From Spirochaetota bacterium (GTDB lineage Bacteria > Spirochaetota > UBA4802 > UBA5550), in NCBI GenBank assembly GCA_963663865.1, contig OY760686.1, forward strand, positions 1,152,001-1,216,000: a DNA stretch of 64,000 bases. Direction: 5' to 3'. The stretch's first letter is position 1; each line of letters begins with the position of its first letter. The translations under genes were made by a program, and so were the position numbers. This document shows, piece after piece, positions 1-11,002 of this stretch. Below the pieces are notes generated by a model. That model worked only from the letters and a program-made list of their open reading frames with translations. It made no database searches and had not been told where the DNA came from.

Positions 1-196
1 ATTTCAATGCCCCTCGTGTTTCACAGTCATAGAAGCGGGGGCATTGAGCATTTCTCTTTCTGTGATTGTTCGAAAATCATATGATGTTTTTGCTTTTTGA
101 GTAATAACGGGCCTCTTGTTCTACGGCATATCCAGCCGATATTAACTTGACATAGCCGGATACACTTTGACGATTACTTCATTCGAGGTAATCGGT

Positions 197-1372
197 ATGT
201 CAGCAACCAGATCAGTCGTTCTAAAAAAAGGCAGAGAAAAGGCCGTAAGAAACCGTCATCACTGGGTGTTCTCCGGAGCAGTAAAGAGTGTTTCGGAAGG
301 CATCGAAAATGGAGATATTGTTGAGGTCAGAAGCATTGACGGAGAGCTTCTCGGTCATGCCTGCTGCAATCCGCATGGATCAATTCTGGCAAGAATGCTC
401 TCATTTGGCAGTGAAGACCCACATCACGCAGTAGCTCAGGCGATACGTGAAGCCTGGGACATGAGGCAGGCGCTGCTCACCCGGGATACCGATGCCTACA
501 GGCTTATAAACGGCGAGGCCGACCGTATTCCTGGACTCGTTGTTGATGTTTACGGAGATGCTGTCGTTCTGCAGGCCGGAACAGCCGGTATTGATAAGCT
601 GAAAAAATTTGTAACAGATGAGATTGTTAAAATACTAAATCCTGTAGCGGTTATCGAAAAATCCGACTCGCCCTCCCGAGCGGGAGAGGGGCTACCTCCT
701 TCGGAGGGCCTGCTGTTTGGAAAATCAGAGGGACAGGTTTCTTTTACTGAGGACGGAATGAAGTTCAGGGCTGATCTTCTGACGGGACAGAAGACCGGCT
801 TTTTTCTTGATCAGAGAGGCAACAGACGCACGGTCCGCTCAATGAGCAGGGGGCGCGACGTTCTCAACCTGTTCTCGTACACAGGAGGCTTTACGGTTGC
901 CGCCGCGTCAGGGGGAGCAAAGTCGGTCCTGTCTGTTGATGTGTCTGAGGATGCGCTCAAAATGGCAAAGGTAAACGGAGATAATAACAATCCCGGCGGT
1001 GCAGAACTTGCTTATGTGTGCGCTGACGTGTTCAGCTATCTGAGAGAAAACAGGATAGAGAGTGATTTTATTATTGTTGATCCTCCGGCTTTCGCAAAAA
1101 AAAAGAAGGACATAGAACCCGCGTGCAGGGGTTATAAGGATATCAACAGGCTGGTCTTTCAGGGAGCACGTCCCGGAGCCGTCGTCTTGACATGTTCATG
1201 CTCATATCATGTAGGCTATGACCTGTTTCAAAATGTTGTTTTTCAGGCCGCGGCTGAGGCCGGGCGCAATGTCAGGATTATCGGAAGGCACCGCCTCGCG
1301 GAGGATCATCCGGTCAACATATATCATCCTGAGACCGATTACCTAAAAAGCCTGCTGCTTTATGTTTCGTAG
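197..1372 (+). CDS. rlmI: 23S rRNA m5C1962-type class I SAM-dependent methyltransferase (RlmI/YccW family)
   Basis: PUA-like N-terminus (RHHWVFSGAV), GQKTGFFLDQR, VLNLFSYTGGF, DPPAF and TCSCS motifs. ATG 197 follows GAGGT and is preferred over TTG 167. Confidence 0.85.
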   Translation: MSATRSVVLKKGREKAVRNRHHWVFSGAVKSVSEGIENGDIVEVRSIDGELLGHACCNPHGSILARMLSFGSEDPHHAVAQAIREAWDMRQALLTRDTDAYRLINGEADRIPGLVVDVYGDAVVLQAGTAGIDKLKKFVTDEIVKILNPVAVIEKSDSPSRAGEGLPPSEGLLFGKSEGQVSFTEDGMKFRADLLTGQKTGFFLDQRGNRRTVRSMSRGRDVLNLFSYTGGFTVAAASGGAKSVLSVDVSEDALKMAKVNGDNNNPGGAELAYVCADVFSYLRENRIESDFIIVDPPAFAKKKKDIEPACRGYKDINRLVFQGARPGAVVLTCSCSYHVGYDLFQNVVFQAAAEAGRNVRIIGRHRLAEDHPVNIYHPETDYLKSLLLYVS

Positions 1373-1401
1373 CGATCAATATTCATGAACGGGAGAATAA
1401 A

Positions 1402-2337
1402 ATGATAAGTGCCAGCGGTATTTCAAAGTCGTACGGCAGTATTAGGGCCGTCAATGGAATATCTTTTTCGATCAACGAGGGCGAGATTACCGGGCTTCTG
1501 GGCCCGAACGGGGCCGGCAAGACGACGACGCTCCGAATGCTGACAGGATATCTCAAGCCTGACAGCGGAGAGGTTGTAGTCGGCGATCTTCGCGCGGGTG
1601 AGGCTGATGTCAGGCTCCGGCAGATGATCGGCTATCTTCCTGAGTCGGCGCCGGTTTACGGCGACATGCTCGTTTACGATTACCTGAGCTACATTGCCTC
1701 AGTCAGGGATATTCCTGATTCTCATGCAAGCATTGAGCGTGCAGCTGTTCTCTGCGGGATACTTCCGGTAATGCACAGGAATGTCAATGAGCTTTCAAAG
1801 GGATACAGACAGCGTGTCGGTTTGGCTCAGGCTATAATACACGACCCGCAAATCCTCATACTCGATGAACCCACAACGGGTCTTGATCCGAACCAGATAG
1901 TCGAGATCAGGAGCCTTATCCGTGAAATTGGGAAGAAGAAAACGGTAATCCTTTCCACTCATATTCTTTCCGAAGTGGAAGCGGCGTGCGACAGAGTGAT
2001 TATCATCAATAGAGGGAATATCGCGGCAGATGAGCGTACCGAGAGTCTCCTCTCGTCAGCTTCGGGCGGTCTGACGGTAAGGGCGGCGGGCGTTTCCGCG
2101 GATGAGCTGGTTGCGGCGCTGTCCTCGCTACAGGGAGCAGGCAGCGCTGTGCAATGCGAGGGAGAGCCGGGTTTAGCTTCCGCGGTTGTAAGGTCTGTGC
2201 AGAATGGTACAGACCTGCGTCCCGGTGTTTTTAACCTCGCGCGCGACAGAGGCTGGACGCTCTATGAGCTGTCCAGAGAACAGAATACGCTTGAAAACAT
2301 TTTCAGAGAGCTTACCTCCGGAGGCAATAATGAATAG
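1402..2337 (+). CDS. ABC transporter ATP-binding protein (GldA-like)
   Basis: Walker A GPNGAGKTT, signature LSKGYRQR, Walker B ILILDEP, H-loop STH. Confidence 0.9.
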   Translation: MISASGISKSYGSIRAVNGISFSINEGEITGLLGPNGAGKTTTLRMLTGYLKPDSGEVVVGDLRAGEADVRLRQMIGYLPESAPVYGDMLVYDYLSYIASVRDIPDSHASIERAAVLCGILPVMHRNVNELSKGYRQRVGLAQAIIHDPQILILDEPTTGLDPNQIVEIRSLIREIGKKKTVILSTHILSEVEAACDRVIIINRGNIAADERTESLLSSASGGLTVRAAGVSADELVAALSSLQGAGSAVQCEGEPGLASAVVRSVQNGTDLRPGVFNLARDRGWTLYELSREQNTLENIFRELTSGGNNE

Positions 2338-3037
2338 AAAAGGAATTCAGGCTGTCGCTTCAAGGGAGATGGCATCCTATTTCACGAGTCCAATCGCCTA
2401 TATAGTCATAACAGTGTTTCTTCTTTTTACGGGATTCATGTTTTTTAAGGACTTTTTTTATTTCAACCAGGCTGAGATGAGGAACCTGTTTCAGTCGCTG
2501 CCTCTTATGTTTACCTTTTTCGTTCCTGCAGTAACCATGCGGCTTTTCTCCGAGGAGAAGCAGACCGGCACAATTGAGATGCTGCTTACGATGCCGTTAA
2601 CTGTTTCCGAGATTGTAATAGGAAAGTACATAGCAGCGTGCGTATTTATCGGGGCAATGCTTGCTCCCACGCTTGTCTATCTCTTTACTGTTCTTCTTGT
2701 CGGTTCTCCTGATATGGGACCTGTCGCGGGCGGTTACCTTGGTGCGCTGTTTTTAGGTTCGGCAATGGCCGGAATAGGCATGATAACATCGGCTCTCACC
2801 CGCAATCAGATTGTCGCCTTTATTACAGCCTGGGCTGCCGGATTCTTCCTCTGGATGATCAATAAAATAACGGTCTTTCTTCCCGGTGCCATGTCATTTC
2901 TTGAACAGGCCGGGACTGATTATCATTTTCAGAACATATCGAGGGGACTTATAGACACGCGTGACATTATCTACTTTGTTTCAGTCGCAGTTATATCAAT
3001 ACTGCTGACAGTAAAAATCCTTGAGGAAAGGAGATAG
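2330..3037 (+). CDS. ABC-2 type permease (GldF-like)
   Basis: About 6 TM segments, YFTSPIAY and EEKQTGTIEMLLTMP motifs. ATG 2330 follows GGAGG and overlaps the upstream stop. Confidence 0.88.
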   Translation: MNRKGIQAVASREMASYFTSPIAYIVITVFLLFTGFMFFKDFFYFNQAEMRNLFQSLPLMFTFFVPAVTMRLFSEEKQTGTIEMLLTMPLTVSEIVIGKYIAACVFIGAMLAPTLVYLFTVLLVGSPDMGPVAGGYLGALFLGSAMAGIGMITSALTRNQIVAFITAWAAGFFLWMINKITVFLPGAMSFLEQAGTDYHFQNISRGLIDTRDIIYFVSVAVISILLTVKILEERR

Positions 3038-3042
3038 TTGAC

Positions 3043-5217
3043 ATGAGCAAAGTCGTTTTGAAAATAAAAGGACTATTAAAGTCTGCACCCGGATATTTCA
3101 GGTCGATAGTGGAAGGGAGAAACAGAAATGCCGGTTTCATTCTGTATATAGCTGTTATTCTGCTATTGAATGCAGCTGCTTCAACTCTGAACTTCCGGCT
3201 TGACCTTACGAGGAACAGCGCCTATTCACTTTCAGAAAAAAGCATTGACCTTGTTTCAAATCTCAGCAGCAACATGAAGGTTAAGGTGCTTTTCTCAGAG
3301 GACCTTCCCGCTGAACATGCCGCTGTGCACAGGTATATCAGGGATATTCTGGATGAGTATGAATACTACGGTAACAGGTTCTTTGCTGTCGAGTACGTAT
3401 CCGGCGATGAGATGGAGAAGACGGCCTCAGAGTATGGAATTCAGCCTGTTCAGAGCAGGGAGCTTGTTGATGACCAGCTGAAGATAAGAAACACCTACAT
3501 GGGTCTGGTCATTCAGTACACCGATTCAGTCGAAAAGATATCGCCTCTGGCAGATGCGGAGGGACTTGAATATAAAATAACCTCCGCGATGGAGAAGATG
3601 TCTTCAAAGGCCGAGTCACTTCAGAAGCTGGACAGTCCTCTGGCGCTCAGGCTCTACACTTCCGATCAACTCAGGAAGCTGCCTATATCAGGCATAGAAA
3701 AGCTGGAAGAGACTGTAATGGAGGCAGCTGAAAAGGCATCGCGTTTAAATTATGGTAAAATCAAATTCGAGAAGGCCGGTGCGGGTGAGGGGCAAAACCC
3801 TGAAGAGCTTAAGAAGGCTTTCGGAATTGAGGTCGTGTCATGGAATGCCGGTACAGACAGAAACGGCCGCTATCTAAAACCCGGAAGCGCTCCACTGGGA
3901 CTTGTATTAACCAACGGAAGCAAACACAGAGCTATTCCTCTTGAGGTACAACCGACACTTTTTGGCGGGTATATTCTTTCCGGGCTGGAGGCCCTTGAAG
4001 ATTCCATCAATGACGCTGTTTCTACGCTCTTAAACTCCGGTCTCAAGGTGGGCTATGTAACAGGGCATGGTATCGCGGGACTCGATGATAACAGGACACG
4101 CGAAGGTGCGGCCCTTCTCAAGGAACTCCTGTCCGACCGTTATGAGCTGGTTCCTCTCGATCTTTCGAAAGATGAGATACCCTCCGATGTGGACACACTG
4201 ATTGTGAACGGGCCCGAGAAGAGGATGAGTGAACTTGAACTTTTCCGAATTGATCAGCATCTCATGAGGGGCGGCTCAGCTTTTGTTTTGCTTGACTCGT
4301 ACATTGAAGAGCAGCAGGACCAGTACGCTGCCATGTTGGGACAGCAGCCTTCAGTCGCGGTGGTTGACAGCGGGTTGACTGAGATGCTTTCCTCATACGG
4401 GATCAGAGTCAACAAGGACATCGTTCTGGATAAGAGCTGTACCCAGGTCCAGGCGGGCGGACAGGTGATGGACTATCCTGCTATACCGCTTATAAGAAAA
4501 GAAGGCCTGTCTGACTCAAATCCGGCAACGGCCTATCTCAACAGCCTGCTTTTTATCAAGAGTTCATCAATAACGGTTGATGATGAGGCTGTCAAAAAGA
4601 GCGGGCTTGCAGCGAAGCCTCTGACAAGGTCGAGTTCTTCAAGCTGGCTGATGAAGGACAATGTCAGCTTCGATCCGTTCTCCATGATGGCTGTTCCCGA
4701 AAAGGATATGAAGCCGTACAGCCTTGCCGTTTACGCTGAAGGGAAGCTGAAGAGCAGCTTCGCGGGCAGAATTGTTCCGGGGATATCAACAGAGAAAAAC
4801 AGATCAGGCCTTATTAAGAGCGCAGGAAGGCTTGACGAAACTGTTAAGGGCCTGCAGAGCAGACTTGTTGTCGTAGGAACATCGGAAATCGCGTCATCGG
4901 GCTTTATTATGGACGCGAGAAAGATTCTCTCCGGTGGCGGCGCCGCATCTGTTTCAGGAAATGAAAACTTCCTTCACGGCGCAGTTGATTACCTGACCGG
5001 GAATGTCTTCATCCCCCCCATGATGAACAAAGGAATGGAGTATAACCCTCTTGAGATGACTGAGCCCGGAACCAGGTTTTTCCTCAAGTCGCTCAACATA
5101 GCGGGGGTTCCAATTCTGATTATATTGACCGGGCTTCTCGTCTGGAGGCGCAGGAATCAGAGAAAGGCCATGATTAAGGCCAGGTTTTTGAAGGAGGCCG
5201 CTGATGAGGTTCGATAA
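3043..5217 (+). CDS. GldG-family ABC accessory membrane protein
   Basis: N-terminal TM followed by RLDLT..YSLS, GYVTGHG, IDQHLMRGG and a C-terminal TM; sits in an operon with GldA/F-like genes. Confidence 0.85.
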   Translation: MSKVVLKIKGLLKSAPGYFRSIVEGRNRNAGFILYIAVILLLNAAASTLNFRLDLTRNSAYSLSEKSIDLVSNLSSNMKVKVLFSEDLPAEHAAVHRYIRDILDEYEYYGNRFFAVEYVSGDEMEKTASEYGIQPVQSRELVDDQLKIRNTYMGLVIQYTDSVEKISPLADAEGLEYKITSAMEKMSSKAESLQKLDSPLALRLYTSDQLRKLPISGIEKLEETVMEAAEKASRLNYGKIKFEKAGAGEGQNPEELKKAFGIEVVSWNAGTDRNGRYLKPGSAPLGLVLTNGSKHRAIPLEVQPTLFGGYILSGLEALEDSINDAVSTLLNSGLKVGYVTGHGIAGLDDNRTREGAALLKELLSDRYELVPLDLSKDEIPSDVDTLIVNGPEKRMSELELFRIDQHLMRGGSAFVLLDSYIEEQQDQYAAMLGQQPSVAVVDSGLTEMLSSYGIRVNKDIVLDKSCTQVQAGGQVMDYPAIPLIRKEGLSDSNPATAYLNSLLFIKSSSITVDDEAVKKSGLAAKPLTRSSSSSWLMKDNVSFDPFSMMAVPEKDMKPYSLAVYAEGKLKSSFAGRIVPGISTEKNRSGLIKSAGRLDETVKGLQSRLVVVGTSEIASSGFIMDARKILSGGGAASVSGNENFLHGAVDYLTGNVFIPPMMNKGMEYNPLEMTEPGTRFFLKSLNIAGVPILIILTGLLVWRRRNQRKAMIKARFLKEAADEVR

Positions 5218-6151
5218 AAAGATTGCAGCAGGGATTTCAGCGCTTGTACTGCTCGTGTTGTATCTGCTTTTGCGCGATGTCACGTTCAAATCCGGTATGC
5301 CCGAAATAGCAGACTGGAAAGGCGATGCAGATTTACTGACTGTCACCGGTCCCTCAGGCACGGTGAAGCTTGCCAGAGAGGGTGACCGATGGTTTGTCGG
5401 AGAGAAAAAGTATCCGGCTGATGGCGGTGTTGTTGCTCAACTGCTGAAGAAGATCAATGAACTCGAAGGACTTGAGCTCGTAGCGGAGAAAGCATACTTC
5501 CCGGGCTACGGGCTTGATGGAGATTCAACTGTCAGCGCTTCATTATCGGTCGGCGGGAAAGAGGTCAGGAAAGTAGTATTTGGAGGAAAGAATTCAGCGG
5601 CATCCCATACCTTTGTTCGGATCGATGGTTCTGATTCGGTCTATCAGCTTCCGGGATCATTCGACAGCGATCTTAAAAAAAATGTGGACGATTTCCGTGA
5701 CAGAAGGGTCATATCGCTTTCACCCGACGCTCCCGAGAAGCTGACAATAAGCTACCGCGGGAAGACTTATGAAATTACTAAAGTAAAAAAAGGGGGGGAT
5801 GAAGGCCTGTACTCATGGCAGACATCTTCTGGTCTTGAACTCGACCGTTACGAGGTCGAATCGAGGATTGGATACCTTTGTTCCGTACAGGCTTCGGCTT
5901 TCCTGCCCGACGGCACTGTTCTCAGAGGGGAGCCTATCTGCACAGTAAGGGCGGCACACAGCGGAGGAGAGACCGCTCTCAAAATCTATTCAAGGGGCGA
6001 TACAGATGCGAATACTTACAGGGCAGCGTCGTCGGAAAGCCCGTACGCATTTACTATTGACTCCTGGAAGGCTGAAGAATTTTTTATTGATAATATATCA
6101 AAACTGCAGCATAATAAAAAGCAGCCAGGCGCTGAGGGCGCAGGCCAATAA
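5204..6151 (+). CDS. DUF4340-like membrane-anchored protein
   Basis: N-terminal TM, YPAD, YGL and FRDRRV motifs; usual fourth gene of Gld-like ABC operons. Confidence 0.7.
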   Translation: MRFDKKIAAGISALVLLVLYLLLRDVTFKSGMPEIADWKGDADLLTVTGPSGTVKLAREGDRWFVGEKKYPADGGVVAQLLKKINELEGLELVAEKAYFPGYGLDGDSTVSASLSVGGKEVRKVVFGGKNSAASHTFVRIDGSDSVYQLPGSFDSDLKKNVDDFRDRRVISLSPDAPEKLTISYRGKTYEITKVKKGGDEGLYSWQTSSGLELDRYEVESRIGYLCSVQASAFLPDGTVLRGEPICTVRAAHSGGETALKIYSRGDTDANTYRAASSESPYAFTIDSWKAEEFFIDNISKLQHNKKQPGAEGAGQ

Positions 6152-6168
6152 AACAGGGATGGAGTCAA

Positions 6169-8535
6169 ATGCAGGATAATAACGGACAAAACAAAACTCT
6201 CGTTCTCGCGAGCGACGTTCTGCCGGAAACCCTTACAATTATACCGCTTTCGCAGAGGCCGATATTTCCGGGCATGATGGTGCCCCTTGTTCTCAGCGGC
6301 GATGATATGATAAACAGCGCCAGCGAGATCATGGAAACTGATCATAAGATTGCGGGAGTTGTTCTTATAGAAAAGAATCACGAGGGAAATGCTGTCAGCG
6401 ATGATCTTTACCGTGTCGGAGTGGCAGTGAAAGTACTGAAGGTAACTCCGATTGACGATAAGAGCATTCAGGTGATGGTGAACGCCCTTGGCCGTTTCAC
6501 CTTCAGAAGCGTAGTTGAGGACGGCCCGCTTTTAAAGTGGAAGGTCCTTCATCACAGGGAGGAGCCGGCTGACAGCACCGAAGAGATGAAGGCCTACTCT
6601 ATGGCTATCATATCCTCTATACGAGATCTTATTAAGTCTAACTCCCTGTTCCAGGAGGAGTTCAAGCTTTTCCTGAACAGGTTTACCGCAGAAGACCCCG
6701 GAAAGCTGGCGGACTTCGTCTCCTCCATGACATCGGCCGACTCGAGGGAAATACAGGAGGTTCTGGAAACCTTCGAACTAAGAAAGCGGGTTGAGAAGGT
6801 AATAGTCCTTCTTAAAAAGGAGATAGAGCTCAGCAAGCTTCAGAAAAAGATATCGCAGCAGATAGAGGAGAGGCTGACTAAGCAGCAGAAGGAGTTTTTC
6901 CTTAGAGAACAGCTGAAAGAGATAAAGAAGGAGCTTGGTCTTGAGAAAGACGAAAAGACCACTGAGATAGAAAAGATTGAAGAGAGGCTGACCTCACTGA
7001 AGCTGACTGAAGAAGCACGGAAGAGAATTGAAGAGGAGCTTTCAAAGCTGCGATTTCTTGAGCCCCATTCCGCGGAGTACGGGGTAAGCAGAAATTATCT
7101 CGACTGGCTTACACAGCTTCCATGGGGAAAGTATTCTCAGGACAATTACGATATCGCAAAAGCCCGGAAGGTGCTTGACCGTGACCATTTTGGCCTTGAG
7201 GACATAAAGGAAAGGATACTTGAGTTTATTAGTACCGGAAAGATGAAGGGGAATATCAGCGGATCGATTATTCTCTTTGTCGGCCCTCCAGGCGTCGGCA
7301 AAACGTCGATAGGGAAATCGGTCGCGGAGTCCCTCGGTCGTAAGTTCTACAGGTTTTCGCTCGGAGGTATGCGCGACGAGGCGGAGATCAAAGGGCACAG
7401 AAGAACCTACATCGGGGCAATGCCCGGAAAAATCATTCAGAGCCTCAAGACCGTAGACGTGGCAAACCCGGTAATTATGCTTGATGAGATCGACAAGATA
7501 GGGGCAAGTTTTCAGGGAGATCCTGCTTCGGCGCTGCTTGAGGTGCTTGACCCTGAGCAGAACATGAATTTTCTTGATCACTACCTGGATGTCAGGTTCG
7601 ATCTTTCGAATGTTCTGTTTATAGCTACGGCAAATCAGCTCGACACCATTCCAAGGCCTCTTCTCGACAGGATGGAGGTCATGAAACTCTCGGGCTATAT
7701 TCTTGAAGAAAAGCTTCAGATCGCCAGGAAATATCTTGTTCCAAAACAGCGCTCTGAGCACGGGCTTTCAAAGGATATGGTTTCAATCGATAACGGGGCT
7801 CTCAAGTATATTATAGACGGCTACGCGAGGGAGGCCGGGGTGAGGAGCCTTGAAAACCATATACGCAAAATAATGCGAAAGGTTACACGCAAGTTTGCGG
7901 AAGGTTTTGACGGCAAGATCAGCATAACGCACGATAATGTTCCTGATTATCTCGGACACAGGATTTTCTCCGAGGAGTCTCTATACGACAAGAGTATTCC
8001 CGGAGTCGTGTTAGGTCTGGCATGGACAAGCATGGGCGGAGCGACTCTCTACATTGAGGCCACTGACATTCCGGCAAAGGCAAGGGGGTACAAGCAGACT
8101 GGACAGCTCGGCAATGTAATGAAGGAGTCTACAGAAATAGCTTACACCTATATCAATTCAAGGGCGGTGGACTACGGAATTGATCCGGAGTACTTTAACA
8201 ACCGGATGATACACCTTCACGTTCCAGCCGGTGCGACTCCCAAGGACGGCCCTTCGGCGGGCATTACCATGGCAACAGCGCTCTATTCGCTGGCCAAGAA
8301 CAAGCCTATCAAAAGAAATGTTGCCATGACCGGTGAGCTTACTATAACTGGAAAGGTCCTGCCGATAGGCGGTGTAAAGGAGAAAACCATAGCTGCTAAA
8401 AGAGCAAAGGTAAAGACCATTATTTTCCCCTACGAGAACAAAAAGGATTTTGACGAACTCCCGGATCACATCAAATCAGGGCTTACACCGCATTTTGTGA
8501 ATTACTTCGATGAGGTCTTAAAGATAGTATACTGA
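6169..8535 (+). CDS. lon: ATP-dependent protease La (Lon)
   Basis: Walker A GPPGVGKTS, GHRRTYIGAMPG, catalytic PKDGPSAG and IGGVKEK. Confidence 0.97.
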   Translation: MQDNNGQNKTLVLASDVLPETLTIIPLSQRPIFPGMMVPLVLSGDDMINSASEIMETDHKIAGVVLIEKNHEGNAVSDDLYRVGVAVKVLKVTPIDDKSIQVMVNALGRFTFRSVVEDGPLLKWKVLHHREEPADSTEEMKAYSMAIISSIRDLIKSNSLFQEEFKLFLNRFTAEDPGKLADFVSSMTSADSREIQEVLETFELRKRVEKVIVLLKKEIELSKLQKKISQQIEERLTKQQKEFFLREQLKEIKKELGLEKDEKTTEIEKIEERLTSLKLTEEARKRIEEELSKLRFLEPHSAEYGVSRNYLDWLTQLPWGKYSQDNYDIAKARKVLDRDHFGLEDIKERILEFISTGKMKGNISGSIILFVGPPGVGKTSIGKSVAESLGRKFYRFSLGGMRDEAEIKGHRRTYIGAMPGKIIQSLKTVDVANPVIMLDEIDKIGASFQGDPASALLEVLDPEQNMNFLDHYLDVRFDLSNVLFIATANQLDTIPRPLLDRMEVMKLSGYILEEKLQIARKYLVPKQRSEHGLSKDMVSIDNGALKYIIDGYAREAGVRSLENHIRKIMRKVTRKFAEGFDGKISITHDNVPDYLGHRIFSEESLYDKSIPGVVLGLAWTSMGGATLYIEATDIPAKARGYKQTGQLGNVMKESTEIAYTYINSRAVDYGIDPEYFNNRMIHLHVPAGATPKDGPSAGITMATALYSLAKNKPIKRNVAMTGELTITGKVLPIGGVKEKTIAAKRAKVKTIIFPYENKKDFDELPDHIKSGLTPHFVNYFDEVLKIVY

Positions 8536-8566
8536 GTGTTTAAGTTTTATGGGATGGGCTGAACGC

Positions 8567-10165
8567 TCATCCCATAAGGGTCTGAATCGCCTTAAGAAGC
8601 TCGTTTTTCTTGTATGGCTTTTGTAGATACAGAAAGTATTTGTTGTCATTAAGAAGTTCATTAAGTCCTTCCTTAGAATAGCCGGAAGATATTATTCCCT
8701 TGAGATCCGGGTTGATCTTACGCATTTCAATGAGGGTGTCCTTGCCGTTTCTCCCCGGCATAATCATGTCCATTATTACAATGTCAATATATTGCCACGT
8801 TTGTCTGTAGTATTCCAGAGCGCTGTTGCCGTCCGGAAAAGCCGTCGCTATGTGGCCTGCATCTGTCAGCATGTCTGTTGAAATTTCCCTGAAGTCTTTC
8901 TCATCATCTGCGAGTAATATTCTGGCCGGTGCAAAATCCGCAGATACGTTGTGTTCGAATAATCTGCTTCCTTTATCATTTAAGGACGATAGAGGCAGGT
9001 AGACTGAAAAGGTGCTCCCATTCCCCGGGCTGCTCAAAACAGAAACGGTTCCATTGTGACTCTGCACAGTCCCAAGTACCGCGGATAGCCCCATTCCAGT
9101 TCCTTTGCCTTCAGGCTTTGTCGTAAAAAAAGGCTCAAAGATTCTGTTCTGTATTTCTTCGGGAATTCCGCAGCCCGTATCCGTTATACTCATTTTTACA
9201 TATTTACCGGGATTGATTTTTATAAACGAGCTGCCTGTAAGATGTTCTGTAACAACTTCAATATCAGTCTTTATTATTATTTCTCCGCCGCCGGGCATTG
9301 CATCTCTGGCGTTTATGCAGAGGTTGAGAAGCAAGTTCTGTATCTGGGTATGGTCGCCCTGAATTACAGGATCTCTTTTATCCAAATTTGTCTTTATCGT
9401 AATACTTTTATCGAAGGTATGTTTGAGAATTCCAGCCACATCTGTTGCAATTTTGTTGATATCCAGCTGTGAAGACTGAATTTTACCCTTCCTGGCGAAG
9501 GAGAGCAGCTGTGATGTAAGCCCCGATGCATTGTTAACGCTGGTAATGAGTTTTTCGGCAAAACTGCGAACTTCCTGGTTGTCCTTTTCTCTCGCAATAA
9601 TAAGCTCAGTCAATCCCATTATTGCCGCAAGTTGATTGTTGAAGTCATGAGCAATACCGCCTGCGAGCTGTCCAATGGCGTCCATTTTTTCTCTGTGATG
9701 CAGTTTTTCCGAGAGAAGCATACGCTCCTCTTCGATTTTTCTTCGTGCTTCAATTTCACTCATGAGTTTTTTGTTAATTATTTTAAGTTCGGCGTTTTTA
9801 AGTATTAGCTCCTGTGCCTGGCTATAGGTGAGGCTATTGAGTCTATTTTTTTCGTTTTGCAGAATTTCAGTTAAATTTCTGTTTTCAAGAATAACGGCGA
9901 GCATCTGAATCGAGTTTTGAAAGAGTATCAAGTCATTCCTGGGGATTTTATCATAATCACCATGTATTATTATAAAACCGTAGTTCTTGTTAATTGTCTG
10001 AACAGTATGGTATCTGATGGAGCTATCAGGGACTTCGCTGGTGAACGTCAGTTTGATATCCACGAGCTCTGTCTCCAGCGACTCGATAAAAAGTTTTATT
10101 ATTCTTTCCTGACTTCCTGTCTGGGCAAGTGTCAACATAAGAAGGAAGAGATCATGCGCATTCAT
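8567..10165 (-). CDS. Hybrid sensor histidine kinase/response regulator
   Basis: H-box IAHDFNN, N-box NARDAM, G boxes DTGCG and GTGMGL, C-terminal receiver (LADDE, MDMIMP, QKP). Confidence 0.93.
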   Translation of the reverse strand: MNAHDLFLLMLTLAQTGSQERIIKLFIESLETELVDIKLTFTSEVPDSSIRYHTVQTINKNYGFIIIHGDYDKIPRNDLILFQNSIQMLAVILENRNLTEILQNEKNRLNSLTYSQAQELILKNAELKIINKKLMSEIEARRKIEEERMLLSEKLHHREKMDAIGQLAGGIAHDFNNQLAAIMGLTELIIAREKDNQEVRSFAEKLITSVNNASGLTSQLLSFARKGKIQSSQLDINKIATDVAGILKHTFDKSITIKTNLDKRDPVIQGDHTQIQNLLLNLCINARDAMPGGGEIIIKTDIEVVTEHLTGSSFIKINPGKYVKMSITDTGCGIPEEIQNRIFEPFFTTKPEGKGTGMGLSAVLGTVQSHNGTVSVLSSPGNGSTFSVYLPLSSLNDKGSRLFEHNVSADFAPARILLADDEKDFREISTDMLTDAGHIATAFPDGNSALEYYRQTWQYIDIVIMDMIMPGRNGKDTLIEMRKINPDLKGIISSGYSKEGLNELLNDNKYFLYLQKPYKKNELLKAIQTLMG

Positions 10166-10173
10166 AATTGCCG

Positions 10174-10824
10174 TTATTTTTTAAGGAATTCAGGGGCATA
10201 TTCTGCAAGCCAGTCATCGGGATCCTGGTAGAATGGATTTTCCGTTATAACACCCTTGCTGATTGTGTACGGATGAGTCCTCAAAACCTGCATTATAATG
10301 TCCCCGGTAAATCTGGTGATGTTGTATAGGCAGATGCTTATCCATGGTTTGCGGGATATGAAATAGTTCAGTCTCGATTCGTATACCATCAGGTGTTCCC
10401 TTCCAGGAATCGCTTCAAGTGCCCATACCATCTCGGCTGTTGCTCTGACATTTCTGGGCCCCTTAGACTGACTATGAGTATAAAAGCTGTCAAGTCTCTC
10501 GTCCATGTCCAGGGGCGAGAATGTTCCCTGAGGGTAGTAAAGATCCTTTGGTGAGGATATTACTATTGAATCTTGATTGCTCAGACATGATGAATAATCC
10601 GGATGAGCTGATGAGTACTCGCTAATAAAGTCGTTTGAATTTCTCTCAGATGGACAGTAAAAATTGAGATCATTGTTTTTGAAACCCTGCGATAATAATC
10701 CGAATATTATTGAGTCTCTCTCCTCTTCGGTTTCGTAGAGACCGCACATGTGAACGCCCCAGTTGCATGTATAGCCCCCGAAGCCAAGTTCGAAGGAAGC
10801 AAGTTCTGATGTTTTGATGTGCAT
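10174..10824 (-). CDS. Stand-alone MEDS (DcmR-like sensory) domain protein
   Basis: HMCGLYE, RATAEMVWAL, YESRLN, ICLY and VLRTHP match the MEDS domain pattern. Confidence 0.8.
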   Translation of the reverse strand: MHIKTSELASFELGFGGYTCNWGVHMCGLYETEEERDSIIFGLLSQGFKNNDLNFYCPSERNSNDFISEYSSAHPDYSSCLSNQDSIVISSPKDLYYPQGTFSPLDMDERLDSFYTHSQSKGPRNVRATAEMVWALEAIPGREHLMVYESRLNYFISRKPWISICLYNITRFTGDIIMQVLRTHPYTISKGVITENPFYQDPDDWLAEYAPEFLKK

Positions 10825-11002
10825 TTCCGGCCTCCCGTGTGAAATTATTTATGGGCAGTATGGGGTTTCAACAGTTAAAGTGTAATACAGTAATTGAAAA
10901 AAGCCAATATTCCCTGCCACAAAAGCATACGATTGGCTGAGTATAGCATAAAACTGGATTCGTGTACAGTGTTTTTCGTCGTGACGCCTGGTGGGTATTG
11001 TT

